DNA of 64,000 nucleotides from Mytilus edulis (Eukaryota), in the NCBI RefSeq assembly GCF_963676685.1, contig NC_092345.1, forward strand, positions 86,676,001-86,740,000. Reading direction: 5' to 3'. Made by a program: the position numbers and the translations under genes. The notes beneath the pieces are model-generated. The model did not search any database. It saw only the letters and a program-made list of their open reading frames with translations, and had not been told where the DNA came from. Below are positions 14,101-29,100 of this stretch, one piece after another. Position 1 is the stretch's first letter. Every line of letters starts with the position of its first letter.

Positions 14101-17100
14101 TTTATATACTGTTCTGTACAATGATTTTGGTTAAGTTTTGACATTCATTAGGTAGAAGAAACCCTTTTTACGTTTCTTATTTGCATCAAAGGAGAGAAAG
14201 ACGAGTTTTATTGTTTTCTAAAATCACATCTTTATGCGTGATATTAGTGTTTATTAAGATTTGCCTTTTTTCCAAGTACTTTTGCCAACTATCCAAATAA
14301 TTCATTTTGGGTATAAACAGTATTGTTACAGGCCTTGTCTTCTGAATAACGCAATATCCTTTGTTAGAAGAGGAAAAATCATCCACAACATTAAGAATAA
14401 AGTGTCCTGTTAGCTTCATCTGGCACGCCTATTACTAATATTCTTGCATAGTCATCAACTGCATCCTACAATATTTTTTTTTTCTTTCTTGCAGGTGATT
14501 AACTTAACAGTTTGGTATTTCGGGCCTTTGCCTAATCAAGTTTTTAGTTGTTTGTTGTTTACGATACCAGGATATGTTGTAATAACATGAATTTACGGAT
14601 TATGTTTGTATGGAGACGATTGATAGACAAGTTAAAGTTTTGAGATTTACATCCCTGACGGTAAAGGTCTCCTATACTCTCCTGTGAATTGAAATTTTGG
14701 AATAAATGGAATTGAAATTACATACATGTTGAGTTTCTTTGACGTATTCAAAAATTGCTGTATGTACAGATTTGCATTAGAAAATAATGTTGATATTGAC
14801 TGCAAACCGTTATAAGGGAATTCAACTCAAGATAAAATGTCCGTTTTAACAGTTTTAGAAGAAATGTTTACGGGTTTAGAAAGCCTGTAAATATCGATAT
14901 CAATAAATAATGTAAAATGTGTTTATACGTTTTGGCCAAATTTGTTTTATTACATGAGTGTTTTCGATTTTTTGAAATAGTAAATTGAGCTATGAAAACT
15001 GTAAGTGAAATTGTTATGTACGAATGTCAAGAATTTCGAATTGGTATGATGAGAGGATAACTGGTCGTGTAAAGAAGTCATATGACGCTCTGCTTCCTGA
15101 ATTTCATGTCTTCTACATTTTAAAGCAGTGTTCGCTTTTGCTGCCGTAAATAAGTACTCATTTTCGATTATCGGTTTTAATGTTATTCCCACATTGGTGT
15201 ACTCTTTCTTTTCTTTTTGAGAATGTTATCGATTTGTATGTAAATAATACATAATACATAATAACAGTTCATTCATGCATAGGATGGATTACATAAAAAT
15301 AGTAAAGTATCATACCACTTCTTATATTTGATAGTTCTACACTCATTGTATGAAATTGTTGTATCAAGAACTTTTTTTTGTTAAGTTGAAAAGTTCATTA
15401 ATCGTCAATGATTTTATATTCTGCTTGGATTGAAAGTGCATGCTACATAAATACGTTGCATAATAACCACAGCGTTATCTCTTACGAGGGAGAAACACCT
15501 ACTGATTTTACATCTAATTTAAAGCGCTATTTTTATTTACGTTTTGACATGCAACTGCAGCAGTTACTGTTTCATACATTCCTGATTAGATTGTACAATT
15601 ATTGGTATAAAACAGATTTATGTGACATTATGAATTAGAAAAAATACCACAGATAATGGGTGATATCTGGATTATTTACACGTGTAACTGGATAAAAAGA
15701 TTAAAGCTTAAACATATGGAAGGTTGCATTTATTGTACTGTTGGAATAATTTCAAATGTTTGCTGATCATTCGTGATAATTTTTTTTCAAAGATCTTGAA
15801 GCTTATAAAACAGATTTCCCCCCTTTTTTTTTAATACAACTTGTTACTCAAATAGATGTTAAAGGATTTAAAAATTGCGATTGATTAAATACATATCACA
15901 ACATTTTTTATAGTTAAATATTTTCGAAAATTTTGGGTAAAAATGCAAAATTATAACGTCTACTTTTCTGTTGTAACGGCTTACGATTTTAGGGCCTAAA
16001 ACAGTTCATACAGTTTTAAAGCTTTGCGCAATCTTTAATGTCAGTGTAACTTGGTCTTTTCGTCATTTTGGTTTATCGTGGTGCAGGTCCAATTGATTTT
16101 CTGTTTTCATCGACTTACGTTTTTATTGCCCTTTGATATACTCTCCCGTTTTTGGACTTGAATAAGGAATAACTTTTTTTTCAAAAACTTTCAATGAAAT
16201 AGTACAAACAAACAACAATATGTTTTCCTTCATTCATTCTTTCACAGAAACTTTCAAAGAGTACATTTAGCATTTGTTTTTTTTAGAATTGTTTCTAAAT
16301 TTAACATTTAAGTAAAGAAAAATGAGAAAAGTCAAACTAGAAATAGAATATCAGCAATAACATATACTAGTTTTAGAGAATACATTACTCCTTATTTCTA
16401 CTCTTTGAACAGGAAAATTGCAAAGTTATATTTTATATAGACATATTTAACTAAAACATTTTTTTCCTGTACCAACTACGTTCGATTTAAAATGGGAGAA
16501 ATGTTTCAAAAACGTTAATGTGTAACCTTAAAAATTTTATCCTGTATAAATTCTGAAAGCACAATTTACTGCTTTCCATATTTGTGTTCTATGACGAAAT
16601 GAATTTACAAGCAACACTTAATGTCGACGCTTTTAGACGGCGTTTATTTCTTATATCAGTAGCAATCGATACTTGAAGTTTAAATTGACGTTAATTGGGT
16701 AACAATAAGTTCCGAATGTTAAGTGCTTCTTGACTTGTGTTTCTATTTACAAGTTCTATCATAGTCGTTTGTCTGTGGGAATATTTAAAGAAAACTCTAC
16801 ATTAGAATGTGTATATCGGTTAAGTGATAATGGTCGTTATGGTCATTTGGGACTCTTGAAGCTTCATTCAACAAATATCACTTAGGTTAAATAGGTCAAG
16901 ATTAAATTGATCATAATCTTACAGCTAACAAGTATTTTGTTTCAAACGCAAGCAATTTCTAGGCTGATTATTCAAGATATTAAAATAATTGTTGACGACA
17001 TTATACACGATAAATAAATCATTCCTTCCGATAGTCTTCATGTGACGAATTCAATAAGTGCTGTCTACAGTCGAGGAAATGGTGAAATCAAAAATAGAAT

Positions 17101-20100
17101 GTCGGTCTTTTATTATTGAATAAAATGAGATATGGGTATACGTCAATAGGACACTTTGAGGTTAACATACACCACGGTCTTCAGCAACAAGCAGAATGAA
17201 GTTTTATGATAGGACAGTTATAGTTTAGTCTTTGAAAAAGACTATTCACAAAAATTTACTCGCCCAATCAAAGAAATAACCCCTCAAATTAATACAAGAT
17301 GCAGGGTTTTCTTTTATGTATCCTCGGGTCGATGGGGCGGTAAAATATGCCCACACATTGCAATAAAATATAGACACTGGTATTCATACTTATACTATTG
17401 ATAGAATTATTTTTTTGGGGGGTGGTTTGTTATGTGTTTTACATGTGCGGTTATTGTAACTGAATGATTTCTGAGAACATGCATATTAAAGTTATGGTTT
17501 GGTTCATGATGCTATGTTTTTTAGTTTTTGGTGTGATGTTATTGACCTATTTGTTTTCCGACTTTTTTCGTTAGTCCATTGTCGGATTGTTCTCTTTCTA
17601 GGACTTATAATTTTAAATTGCCTTTTGGTATCTCTTTGGCATATTATTTCAAAAACTATAATTTTTAACGTATTACAGGAAGTTACTCAGCTTGACCAAC
17701 TTAAAGCACTCAACAAAGCTCTGACCGATTGTAACGCAAGTCTCTCGGCACCTATAAACAATGATACAGGTAAATCATCGTCGTCATCATCATTAATATC
17801 ATCAATATGTCATGTGTTTGTCGTGAGACAAATTCATATTCTATCTCCATTCAAGAAGTAGGTGCTATGTCACCTTTTCTATATCTCTGTTCTTACTTTA
17901 AAAACAGTGTTTTCGGGTCTACTGAACAGAATAACTTTTTATCTTTTGTAAGTAAGTAAACAATAACAAGTATTACCGTGTGTGCACTTTAAGGATCTGC
18001 CAGACACATTATGATGTTTGCTGATACTTTGAATCTTTGAATATTTTGAATGGACTATATGTTTTTTCGTCACAGTTTTATCTATGAAGGATAAATTATG
18101 ACTTTATATTTGGTCAGCAACTTAACAGTGACAGTTTTTTTTTATACATGAGGACGTTTCGAATATGTCAGTAAAATATTTTCTGTGTTACGTAATATTC
18201 TAAATTTTCAATAAGTACAAATGTTAAATGTTCCATCACACTTTTTTTTAAGTACTTCTGAACAGAATGACTTCATATTTTGTCAGCAACTTAACAAGGA
18301 ATAATTTGAATCTATAGATATGTTTCGGTTCTATGAGATTCCTAGCATTTTGTTTGCCGATATCTGAATTGGTCAATGTGTTGAAAACATCTTTAAATTT
18401 TGAGTCACACATTTCTGTGGTACTACTTTTAAAATGTCTATGTATCTATAATTCACTAAACTTTTACAGAATGCAGTGGACACTTTGACGGAATTATGTG
18501 TTGGCCTTCCACCAAAGCTGGAGAGATTTCAAAACGTTTATGCCCGGCTTATATACATGGTTTCAATACTTCAGGTATAAATTTTTTAAGAAAACTTTTT
18601 CATACAAGTGTTCGATAATTCTTTTATACTGGAACGAGTTTTGATTTTGATTTGCTTTCAATAATAAACACACAATCGATGATATTAAATTATGGATTGC
18701 ACTGATAGTCACTGTACTGTTCTGAAATCACTTCAAGCAAAAGGTCTATGAATGCAGATAAACATCTCAAATATAGCCTCAAACCTTCAAAAAGGTGTTT
18801 GTATCTTTATGTTAGGGCACGTTTATGTTAGTTACAGAGCTTGGGTAATGTGTATTTTGTGTACGATTTTGCATACAAATTGGCAGATCTTTATTTGTGA
18901 TTGATTAAAGATTATAAAGTCTATCATGCTGCCATTTGATGACTTTGAATGAATTCATTTATTTGTATATGCAAGCAAATTTACATTGTTTAAACATAGA
19001 AAAGGGAACACTTTGATTTGATTTCCATGAATGTTCTACATTGTTTCATTTCTATTATTCAATTATGTATATATAGGTATATAAGTAAACTAGTGGCAGG
19101 GTAAAAGAACGTTTACCTATATTCAAACTGCTACAATCCGACAGAACTGAGTATTCAATAAAATTGAGCAACGTAGGATTAGTTCCTTTAGCTATGTATG
19201 CTATAACTGTCATGGAAATTAGACCCGTTAAAAAATGCCACGAAAGGGAAGAAAACATAATTAATATGTTTTAAACTTTCTATTTACGTAAACATCTTTT
19301 ACAGGTTATGCAACCAAGGAATGTCTTCCGACAGGAACATGGTACTTCCATCCAATATTTAATAAATCATTTGCAGATTTCGCAGGATGTATTCCAAATG
19401 TTCCTTTTCCATCTGCACCTAAACCAACTAGAATAGAATTAATAAAGGTATAATTTTTTTATTATTATTATTCTTCGAACAAAAAGTGTACAACGTAAAG
19501 ATTGTGTTATGACTACAATTAATAAAGCTGTGAAAATAAATCCGCAATAAATTTGTAATGAATAAAACCATTTTTAATTACTATATTCATATGAAAAAGG
19601 TTGATAGGCACTTGTATTCCTAGTTCTTACGTTTTCCAAAAGGCAGTTAACTTCACCGCGTAGAAAACGAACAAGTGATCTGGTGGATAGCAACCGTTTG
19701 AATTTTAAGGAACAATAAATTAATCGTATTAGTGTAAACATTCCATATAGTTTTAATCATTCGGCTCGAAATAGTAAGAGGAATAGATTTTACAAAATAG
19801 TATCATAATTCGAGATACAGAAGCCAAACGCATATAGCTGGCCAGCTTCTTTGAATTTAAAGGCCGCTAGTAAAACATTTTGGTATATATCAAAAAGGAA
19901 TACTAGTAATTTTGTTATTTGTATTTTCAACTTTTTCATTCGGTCATGGTGTCTATAGTCCCTCTTCGACTTATGGTTTTTGATTGCCTTATGGTTTTTG
20001 ATTGCCTTATTGGTGTTTTCTTATGTTTTATTATAGGTGTTTTCAAATGTTTTATTATAGGTGTATTCAACCTACATATTAAGGCTTATTGTGTTGGAAA

Positions 20101-23100
20101 TAAGTTCGATATCTCATGTGATTCAAACGTGTGACCTTCATAGAAATTACTTCATTTTAACGCAAAGAGATAAGAACAGGTTGTGAGAAATTCCGATATG
20201 AATAAAAAAGAATATACATTTACCAGAATTTACATGGATTCTATACCTTCAAAGATCCATATATATCCATATATATCCATATCCATATATATCCAATCGT
20301 GTCGAACAAAGTGGAACTATAAAAGTATTTTCGTTTTCGATATTAAGATGCAGTTCACTGAATCCTAAATACAATAGTTTGCTTTTATTTTACATGTACT
20401 TCACCTGAAACGCCGTTTTACTTTTTAGCCATAGTGTTGCATATTATCATTAGATTAAAGACACGCGCTTCGTTTACAAAAGACTCATCAGTGACGATCG
20501 AATCAAGTTAAAAAAGCTAAATAAAGTACAAAATTAAAGAGCATTAAATTAAAGACCAAAAATCTGAAATCAGTTACGATTGATTTATATTTTTCCTTGG
20601 TATCTTCATCTTCTTATCAGTTTATTTTCCAACATAGTGATGATCGAGATATCAAACACAACATTTTTGTCTGTTAGATATTCAAAACAACCATAATCAT
20701 GCAATAAAACCCACCATGGGGAATTTTTAAGACTAAACACAAGGAACCAATGCACAATATAATAATATTTAGGGATGTTTTTATTTAGATTACGTTCAAT
20801 TTAGTTATGGACATGTAAATTATCGAATAAGTGTTTATTGTCTGTCTGAAATTCGCATGTTGTCTAAAACATTGATTCTGTTTACTAGTTGCTGATGAAA
20901 GGATATCCGTCAGCGCTCCTGCAGGCATAGGCTAAAGTAAATATATAATTATTACTCTATCGGTTTTACTTTTCAAACTTTCCCCCGATATATGGTCTGC
21001 CAACATTTCTACCACACAAAGACTAAAGAAAAACAGACATTTACTACAAGGATGTGTATAATACAGTCTAACTATTGGAATCCTTGTTAACTGTGAGTGC
21101 TCTTCGATCGGTGTTTTGTGTCGTTTTTTGTTTTAAGTTGTTTTTGTGCTTCGACATTGCTCCATTAAGTTAAGTCATACACAACTGATTTTTACAGTTT
21201 GTTATTATGTTGTGATGTTACACCACATTACCAGGTTAGGGGAGCATGAAACGCCAGCAATTTACTTTATCCCGTGTGTGTCTGTCCCAAGTCAGGAGCC
21301 TATAATACAGTGTTTGTAGTTTGTTCATGCGGGTATTTTGGTTCTCGTAAATTGTATTGGTTTAAATTAGTCCTTTAATTTTTCTTGTCTGAATTGTTTC
21401 TCATTTTTCGTGTCGGGCTTTAAATAACTGACTATATGGTTTGTGTCTTTCTCAATTTTGAAGGCCGCGCAGAGACAAGTCATTGATTATAACTTCGTTA
21501 TTTAAACAGAATTTTATCTTATGGCCAATATCATTCCACATCTTCTTATGTTAATATACACACGCGCGATACCAATAAGCAAGATCAAGTAAAAGGTCTG
21601 ATTTTAATCAGACTTAAATGCATCGTTTACATGATTCACTATTTTTTGTTAAGTTATGTTGAGTAAAGATACCAATTTTTTTTTTTTTTGATTTTGTTTT
21701 CCTAACATATCAATTATGTAACATATCTTATCTATTTTAAGTCTCACATGGCATCAATACAGATCATTTACAGAACTGGATACGCTGTGTCTTTGATATT
21801 CCTCGTCATAGCTGTTGTGGTCATGACAATATTTAGGTATAAAGCTAATGTTTTACAGTTGCATGACAATTGCATATTCAAAATCTACTTAAATATAGTG
21901 TGAATCTTAACCTATGAAGAAGATGATGTGGTATGATTACCAATGTGACAACTGTCCACAAGAGACCAAAATGACACAGACATTTACAACTATAGGTCAC
22001 CGTACGGCCTTCAACAATGAGCAAAGCCAATACCGCATAGTCAGCTATAAAAGGCTGACAATTTCTAATTTAGAAAAATCCACTTATAAACCGTAGATGT
22101 AATACGTGTATGGTGGAGTGATCAAGTATTTCTGATTCTTCTTTAAAGATAGTGCTGGACCCATTAATAATCAATATTTTTGTTATGCCGAAAAAAACCC
22201 AGAGTGTACAACGAATTAATGGTCATAGGAAGGCAAATACTATATTATTTTTAAAGATATCTCCATTGGATCTGCTTATCCTTCAAGAGCACCTGCGACT
22301 ACCCCCTGTTTTAGTTGGGTTCGTGTTGCTACGTACTTTTTTCTTGGGCAAGGCGCTGTCAGTTTTTTTTTCGACTTATGAGTTTTAATGTTTCTATGGT
22401 TTATTTCGCCTTTTTTTAATAGAATGAAATAGTCAGGTCATTTTATTGCATAATCTCATTTGTAATGACTATGTGTTAAGATGTGTTGACATTTTTCAAC
22501 AAAATTAATATCAAGTGTTCAGCGTGATAAAAGTTAACAAGAAAGAAACCCTGACAAAATAGGCTATATCTCTCACCGTAAACACCTATCAAACGAATTC
22601 CTGTTGCAATGTAACATTATGTTGGTGTTTATTTGAAAGTTTTCGGGGAAATATTTCAAAATCGGATAACTTTCCAATTAGTTTGCTCTTCCTGAAGTTT
22701 TAGACGATTTTAGACAATGCCAATACGTTACATAACACTTAGACATGTTTCTCAATATAACAGATAGTTCAATGTATATTGTGAGACACTTGAAATTAGC
22801 ATTTGACAGAATTCACATATCTTTCTATTACTGATTGTCTCTGAAAACTTTTTCCTCATTTTATTCTAGTAAACTACATTGTCAGAGGAATACAATCCAC
22901 ATCAATTTGTTCCTATCATTTATCTTTCGAAGTATAATTTGCTTCATCAAAGACGAACATGGAATTCCTGAAGAAGAAACGAATATCATGGATGAAGTCC
23001 TTAGACAACTAAACTCATCAGATGCTGTAAGCTCTTTATTAGTAAACAACAGAGTTTTATTAATTCACTGGTATATTCATCGACAAACAATTTGCCAAAA

Positions 23101-26100
23101 AAGTAAAATCACATAAAATACTGAACTCCGAGGAGAATTCAATCGGAAAGTCCCTAATTACATGGCAATATCAAATGACAAAACACATCAAACGAATGGA
23201 CAACAACTGCCATATTCCTGACTTGGAACAGGCATTTTCAAATGTAGAAAATGGTGTATTGAACCTGGTTTTATAGCGCGAAACCTCTCTCTTGTACGAC
23301 AGTCTCGTCAAATTCCATGAGAGCAAGGGAGATCTTACTGTGAGGAGAATGTTTAACACTCAATTGATTTAAAATCGGGGGGACAGGTGGAGGAAAAAAA
23401 AAACACCAATTGTTGAATCTGCACTTCGGAGAGAACAATCAGTTTATCGAATAACTACTTATCCTTGTTTCTAAATGCCTTTCAAAATTTTTATTAAGGT
23501 TGGTTCTGAACTATAAAGATGAACGAATTGAAGCTAAAGTTTACACATCCGTTTAAGAATGTTTTTTTATGAAATATTTCGTAAATAAAAATACTTCACC
23601 TATTACTTTTCAGTCTTGGTGGTGTAAACTTGTCCATGCCTTGTTCTTCTATATTTTGGTAGCAAACTACATGTGGATCTTTGTCGAGGGAATATATCTG
23701 CATACACTTATATTTGTTACAACTTTTCACAATATATCCCATAAAATGTTCAGAGTACTAATTGTCTTGGGATGGGGTAAGTAATTATAAACAAACTGTT
23801 GAGCATTTGACTAAAAAGAACACAACAAAATATCGAATACATAGATTGAAGTGTTTATTCAGTCGTTTCTACAGACCATATTAACATATATTCTCTAATA
23901 ACAATGCATTACAATAAAGCCTTGTTTCCTCTCCCCAAATCTATGTTATTGAATTCTATCAGCTCCAAAGCAATGACTGCTCGGCCTTTCATTTAATTAT
24001 CCTTATGGAATTTAGATAAACCAGAGGTTGTACATTTCAGTGGTAGTTAAACATATTAATAAAACAATACAAAAAAGAGAAGCAGACGATACAAAAGGGA
24101 AATTCAAACGAAGAAATACAGCCTACAAAACACTACATTAAATGACTGAGCAAAATAAACTAACCTCGATTGAAATCAAGTACCCCAAAAGTGTACTTAT
24201 ACTCTGCCCTATTGCACGTGGTAAATGCATAAATTTGGTGTAATATCATATGAAAGGATCTTCTTGTGATATTTACGTGTGATCACAGGTTTTCCTCGCG
24301 CTTATGCTATGTAGTTGTCATTTTCTTACTAGTCATGGCTAAGGTCATTGCATACGAAAATACTGTCGGATAATGAGATAACGGGAGGACTATTCAATAC
24401 CAGTAAATTTCTATTTCTATTTCTTACAGAATATAAAGGATTTTCGTTTAAAAAAAGTCCATGAAATGTTTTATAGTAAAACTTAGCCGTTGAACATGAA
24501 ACATATTATAACCTTTTTTAATTCAAAGTTTCGTATGGCTTTAATAGAGGCATCAGTTGCATGCCGCTGGTAAATAGCTATAACTCAATTAAGCAAACAC
24601 AAATCCGGGAAACAAACTAAAACAGAGAGAAATACATAAACTATAAGAGGGAAACAACGAAACAACAGGAACACTGAACTACAACAAAAGCAAACCATAA
24701 CATACATAGAAATAGATTCTAGATAACAACTGCCATATTCCTCACGTGATGGTCATACGATCGTTTCGCTCTCTCAAGAAGAAACAGCTAACATTTTGCA
24801 CAAATAATCCATTGCAGTCAATTTACTCATGGAATTAAAGCTCCGAAGGAATGACTTTTACTTTACCACTGGGAATGTTTGGCTCAAATTCACCCTTAGA
24901 AGCAACAACAAGACAAACAATCATAATTTAGTGTTTGCGTTAATAGTGATAGTGTCTATGACTTATGTCATTATATCTTTACAATATATTTCAGTATCTC
25001 CTATTATCTGTGTTATGCCATGGATAATTGTAAGAGTTATACATGAGGACACATTGTAAGTTGTACTAATTGTTTTTCAAATGAATTCTAAAAAAAAATG
25101 CGCATCAGTTAATTAATTGTTATATTTTAAAACTTATTCTTTTTAATGTACTTCGACAAAAAGTAAAACAGAATATAGAAATTAATTTAAAACATTATTG
25201 TCGATCTGGTTGTTTGTTCGTTGAAGATTTTTTCTATCTGGTACACAATATTTTGCAATAATCTGAACGATGAGCAATTCATTACAAAAACCTTTGCCAA
25301 TCACATTTTCTTCTTAGAAAACTAGTTTGTTGTGATCTGAAAAATGCAATGAAACAATTACAGGATGCACGTCAATGAAGTAAAATGTATGACTGTGATA
25401 AATTACTTGTTGAATCGGTTAATTAAATAACTGAAACAACAACTATTGTTTTGTTTACAGATGTTGGAATTTGCATAATCAAGATAATGGTTTCCATTGG
25501 ATTTTACAGGGACCGATCATAGCTACTTTATCCGTGAGTGTCTAATAAATCATTTATTGTCATAATATACCATATGCACATGTTTCAAGATTCTTTCCAT
25601 CAGCTCAGTGCTGTAGTTAATACATCTAGTTTTTTTGAACACCTTCATGCATTCGTTATTATAAAAATGGAACATTGATTGATGGATGATTGGTGTCCTG
25701 TGGCAAAAAAGCATTCATTATGAAGGATGACAACATCTTTACGAAACATGGATGTTTCTTGTCTTGTACTAAACCGACATGCCGAGTAATTTATATCGTG
25801 CTATCTCACAGGTAAAACAAGAGATAGACACATCCATTACCTAAGAATAACTCAGCTCTTTATAAAAGAGGGACGAAAGATACCAGAGGGACAGTCACAC
25901 TCATAAATTGACAACGCCATGGTTAAAAATGAAAAGGACAAACAGACAAACAATAGCACACATGATACAACATAGAAAACAAAAGAATAAACTACACGAA
26001 CCCCACCAAAAACTATGGGTGACCTCAGGTGCTCCGGAAGGTAAGCAGATCCTGCTCCACATGTGTCACCCGTCGTGTTGCTTATGAGATAACAAATCCG

Positions 26101-29100
26101 GTAAATAGTCTAATTCGGTAGGTCACATTTATGAAAGGAAATGGGATTGTAGTTACGACGAAAGGAGCATTCCGATATCATTTGTGAAACGGTTATTCCA
26201 TAACGGTTAACCAAAGGTATTTTTTCGTCATGTAACTCCTCTAGTATTCATTTATTTATAAAAAGTTGGCCTTCAAAACAAGATACATTGTATATGTGTT
26301 CCCAGTAAAGGTAAATTCAGACTCTTCGGGCGCACTGCAATTGTAAAAAAGGGACGAAAGATGCCAGAGGGACAGTCAAACTCATAAATCGAAAATAAAC
26401 TGACAATGCCATGGCTAAAAAGGAAAAAGACAAACAGACAAACAATAGTACACATGACACTACATAGAAAACTAAAGAATAAGCAACACAAACCCCACCA
26501 AAAACTAGGTGTGTAAAGTGTTACTCGGACACATACATTTTCTCAGTAGCAACCTATCGTTTATCTTATTCCTCATTGTCACCTGCTTGGACGGGAAGCA
26601 GCATATATTTATTTAATGCCAACTCTCTAACTCAGCCAGTTAATAGAACATTGAAAATGTTTATTTGAGTCTATTAACAATTAATGCTTCACTGAATCAA
26701 AGCTTATTTTTTTCAGGTCAATTTTTTCTTCTTCTTAAATATCATTCGGGTGTTATTTACCAAACTATCGGCGACTAATTCAAGAGACCCAAAATGTTAC
26801 AGGTATAAGACAGTTCTTTTTATTTATAATGTTTTCTAGATATTTATTATTTCAAATATGTCATCTGCGTTTTTCAGATTTGCTTTTTTTGTAATTTCAT
26901 TTTAGGTGTCACACCACCAATTACTCCCTCAAATTTAGAACTACTCGGACAAAAAATAGTGCATTTGATGTCATTGTTTACTTAAACTACCCAACAAATT
27001 TGCAGAAATGAAACTTTTGGTGAAAGAGAAATATATTAAGACCATTTTGAGCCCAAATTTACTTGTCTATGATTTGACATTAAAAATTGAGGATTACTGC
27101 GCTCCATAGTATACTAATTTAAGATTTCAAGAAAACCAGGGGTTATTTTTAGTGGTACATCCATTCGGAAGGTCTCTTCTTTCTTATATGGCATTAAAGG
27201 TATGCTGAAAATTTGCATGAAGAAAGGTGATACCTGTACGATTCAGGACATACCTGGTTTGTAAGAGGTTAAACTTAAGACAAAAACTTTAGAAAGCTAT
27301 GAAAATTGCAAAATTTGGTTGAACAGATAGGGACTTTTAATTGGTGGTCTGACACCTATAAGAAGATTCATTACTGTTTAATTATTATTTTTTATCTGAA
27401 AAACAAAACATGTTATGTTTGGACCATTAACAACTTTGAAAAGAATGTCATTTAATCAAAATTTCGCAAATTGATATGGATAAGCCAAACTCCATATTAT
27501 ATAAAAAACAAATCAAAAAACAAATGTTTGAATAAAAAAAAATCATACGCACATTGAAGATACTGTGAAATTCAGTCAGTAGTACATATATAATTTCTTG
27601 GAGTAAATGCAATGTCCATGTTTGCAATCGGATATCCAATATTATCTGATCCAACATTTAAAATAAGAAGTGCACAAGTAAATGTTGAGAGAATCCCAAG
27701 AATAAACTATAAAAAAAGTTTGCAAATTACTTTTACAGGAAATTAGCAAAATCCACTCTTGTACTTATACCTCTATTTGGAGTTCACTACATAATGTTCA
27801 TGGCAATACCAATATGTCTTGAGCCTGAGATGGAAGTTGCATGGCTGTATATAGAACTATTTTTCAGCTCATTTCAGGTAAATAAACTTCAATTATATTT
27901 CTGAAAAGTATTACGTCATAGAAGTTCTGTTAGTAAATTCAGTTTTAGAGGTAATATTAATACATGAAACAATTAAAACTTGTTTCATAAATTAAAGGCA
28001 ATGTGACGTACGGAACAATGCGGATGTAATTATCATTACATCAAGATATGAACATAAGGTCTTCAAAAGTATCTTATGCTTTAATTACAAAAACTTTATC
28101 TATGCCAGCAGTCATGTTTACATATACAATCATGCAAATCTTACTTTTTGTTACAGGGTTTTGCTGTGTCTATGTTATTCTGCTTTACACTAGATGAGGT
28201 GAGTGAATAAAATAACCATTATTTTCAAGGCGATTTGCGTCAGTCTTGTATGGCCTGCATCACGATGAACAATTTCCTACGCTGTAATGAGTCTTAAAAC
28301 GTTTGTATATGACATCAGTTAATTAGTCTTCTTTATTTCATTTTGATTGTTCCTGTTTTAAAGTGAGACTAAATCGATTGTAGTAACTGTAATCATTCAT
28401 TATTTCATCTCTAGAATGTATGTCTGATTTTGCAATCTTACTTAGATGATGTTGTATAGGTGGTAGGATATCGAATCAAAGGTACCAGGCTAATAGTTTG
28501 ATACGCCAGACTCGTGTTTCGTCTTCATAAGACTCATCGGTGACGCCATATCGAAATAGTTAGAAAGCCAAAAAAGTACAAAGTTAAAGAGCTTTGATGG
28601 CTCAAAATTCCAAAAGATTTTGCCAAATACGGCCAAGGTTATCTATGTCTGGAATAAGAAAATCCTTAGTTTTTCGAATAATTCATATTTTGCAAACTGT
28701 AAATTTATAAAAATGACCATGTAATTGATATTCATGTCCGAAGTGATGACTACTGGGCTGGTGATACCCTCGGGGTTGAAACGTCCACCAGCAGTGAGAT
28801 GATGACTATGTATATATGTTGCCATACTGACATGACCCTGATTATCACTACATGCAAACGATTGTCTGTTTTCCTACCGACAAACTAGACTGGCCTTTGA
28901 GCATCGCCAATAAAAAAAAACTAATCGCCACGTAATTTTATTTGATATGTTTTACTTTCAATGTTTTACGTTTATTTCCAAATTAAACGTTGAAACATGT
29001 CGCAATCAGTATCTTTACACAGTTAATTGAAATCACCAGCCATAACATACTAGTAGTCCATTTTGAAATAACCGACTGTACGGTCGGTGACTTATAATTG

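Noticed and set aside
17499-17861. 120-aa ORF with a hydrophobic N-terminus as a GPCR first exon
   Set aside because: It starts at a non-ATG codon, and the N-terminal part overlaps a degraded repeat. Only 17679-17769 is bounded by splice sites.
19965-20295. Short tandem duplications and an (ATATCC)n tract
   Set aside because: Ordinary slippage repeats in an intron.
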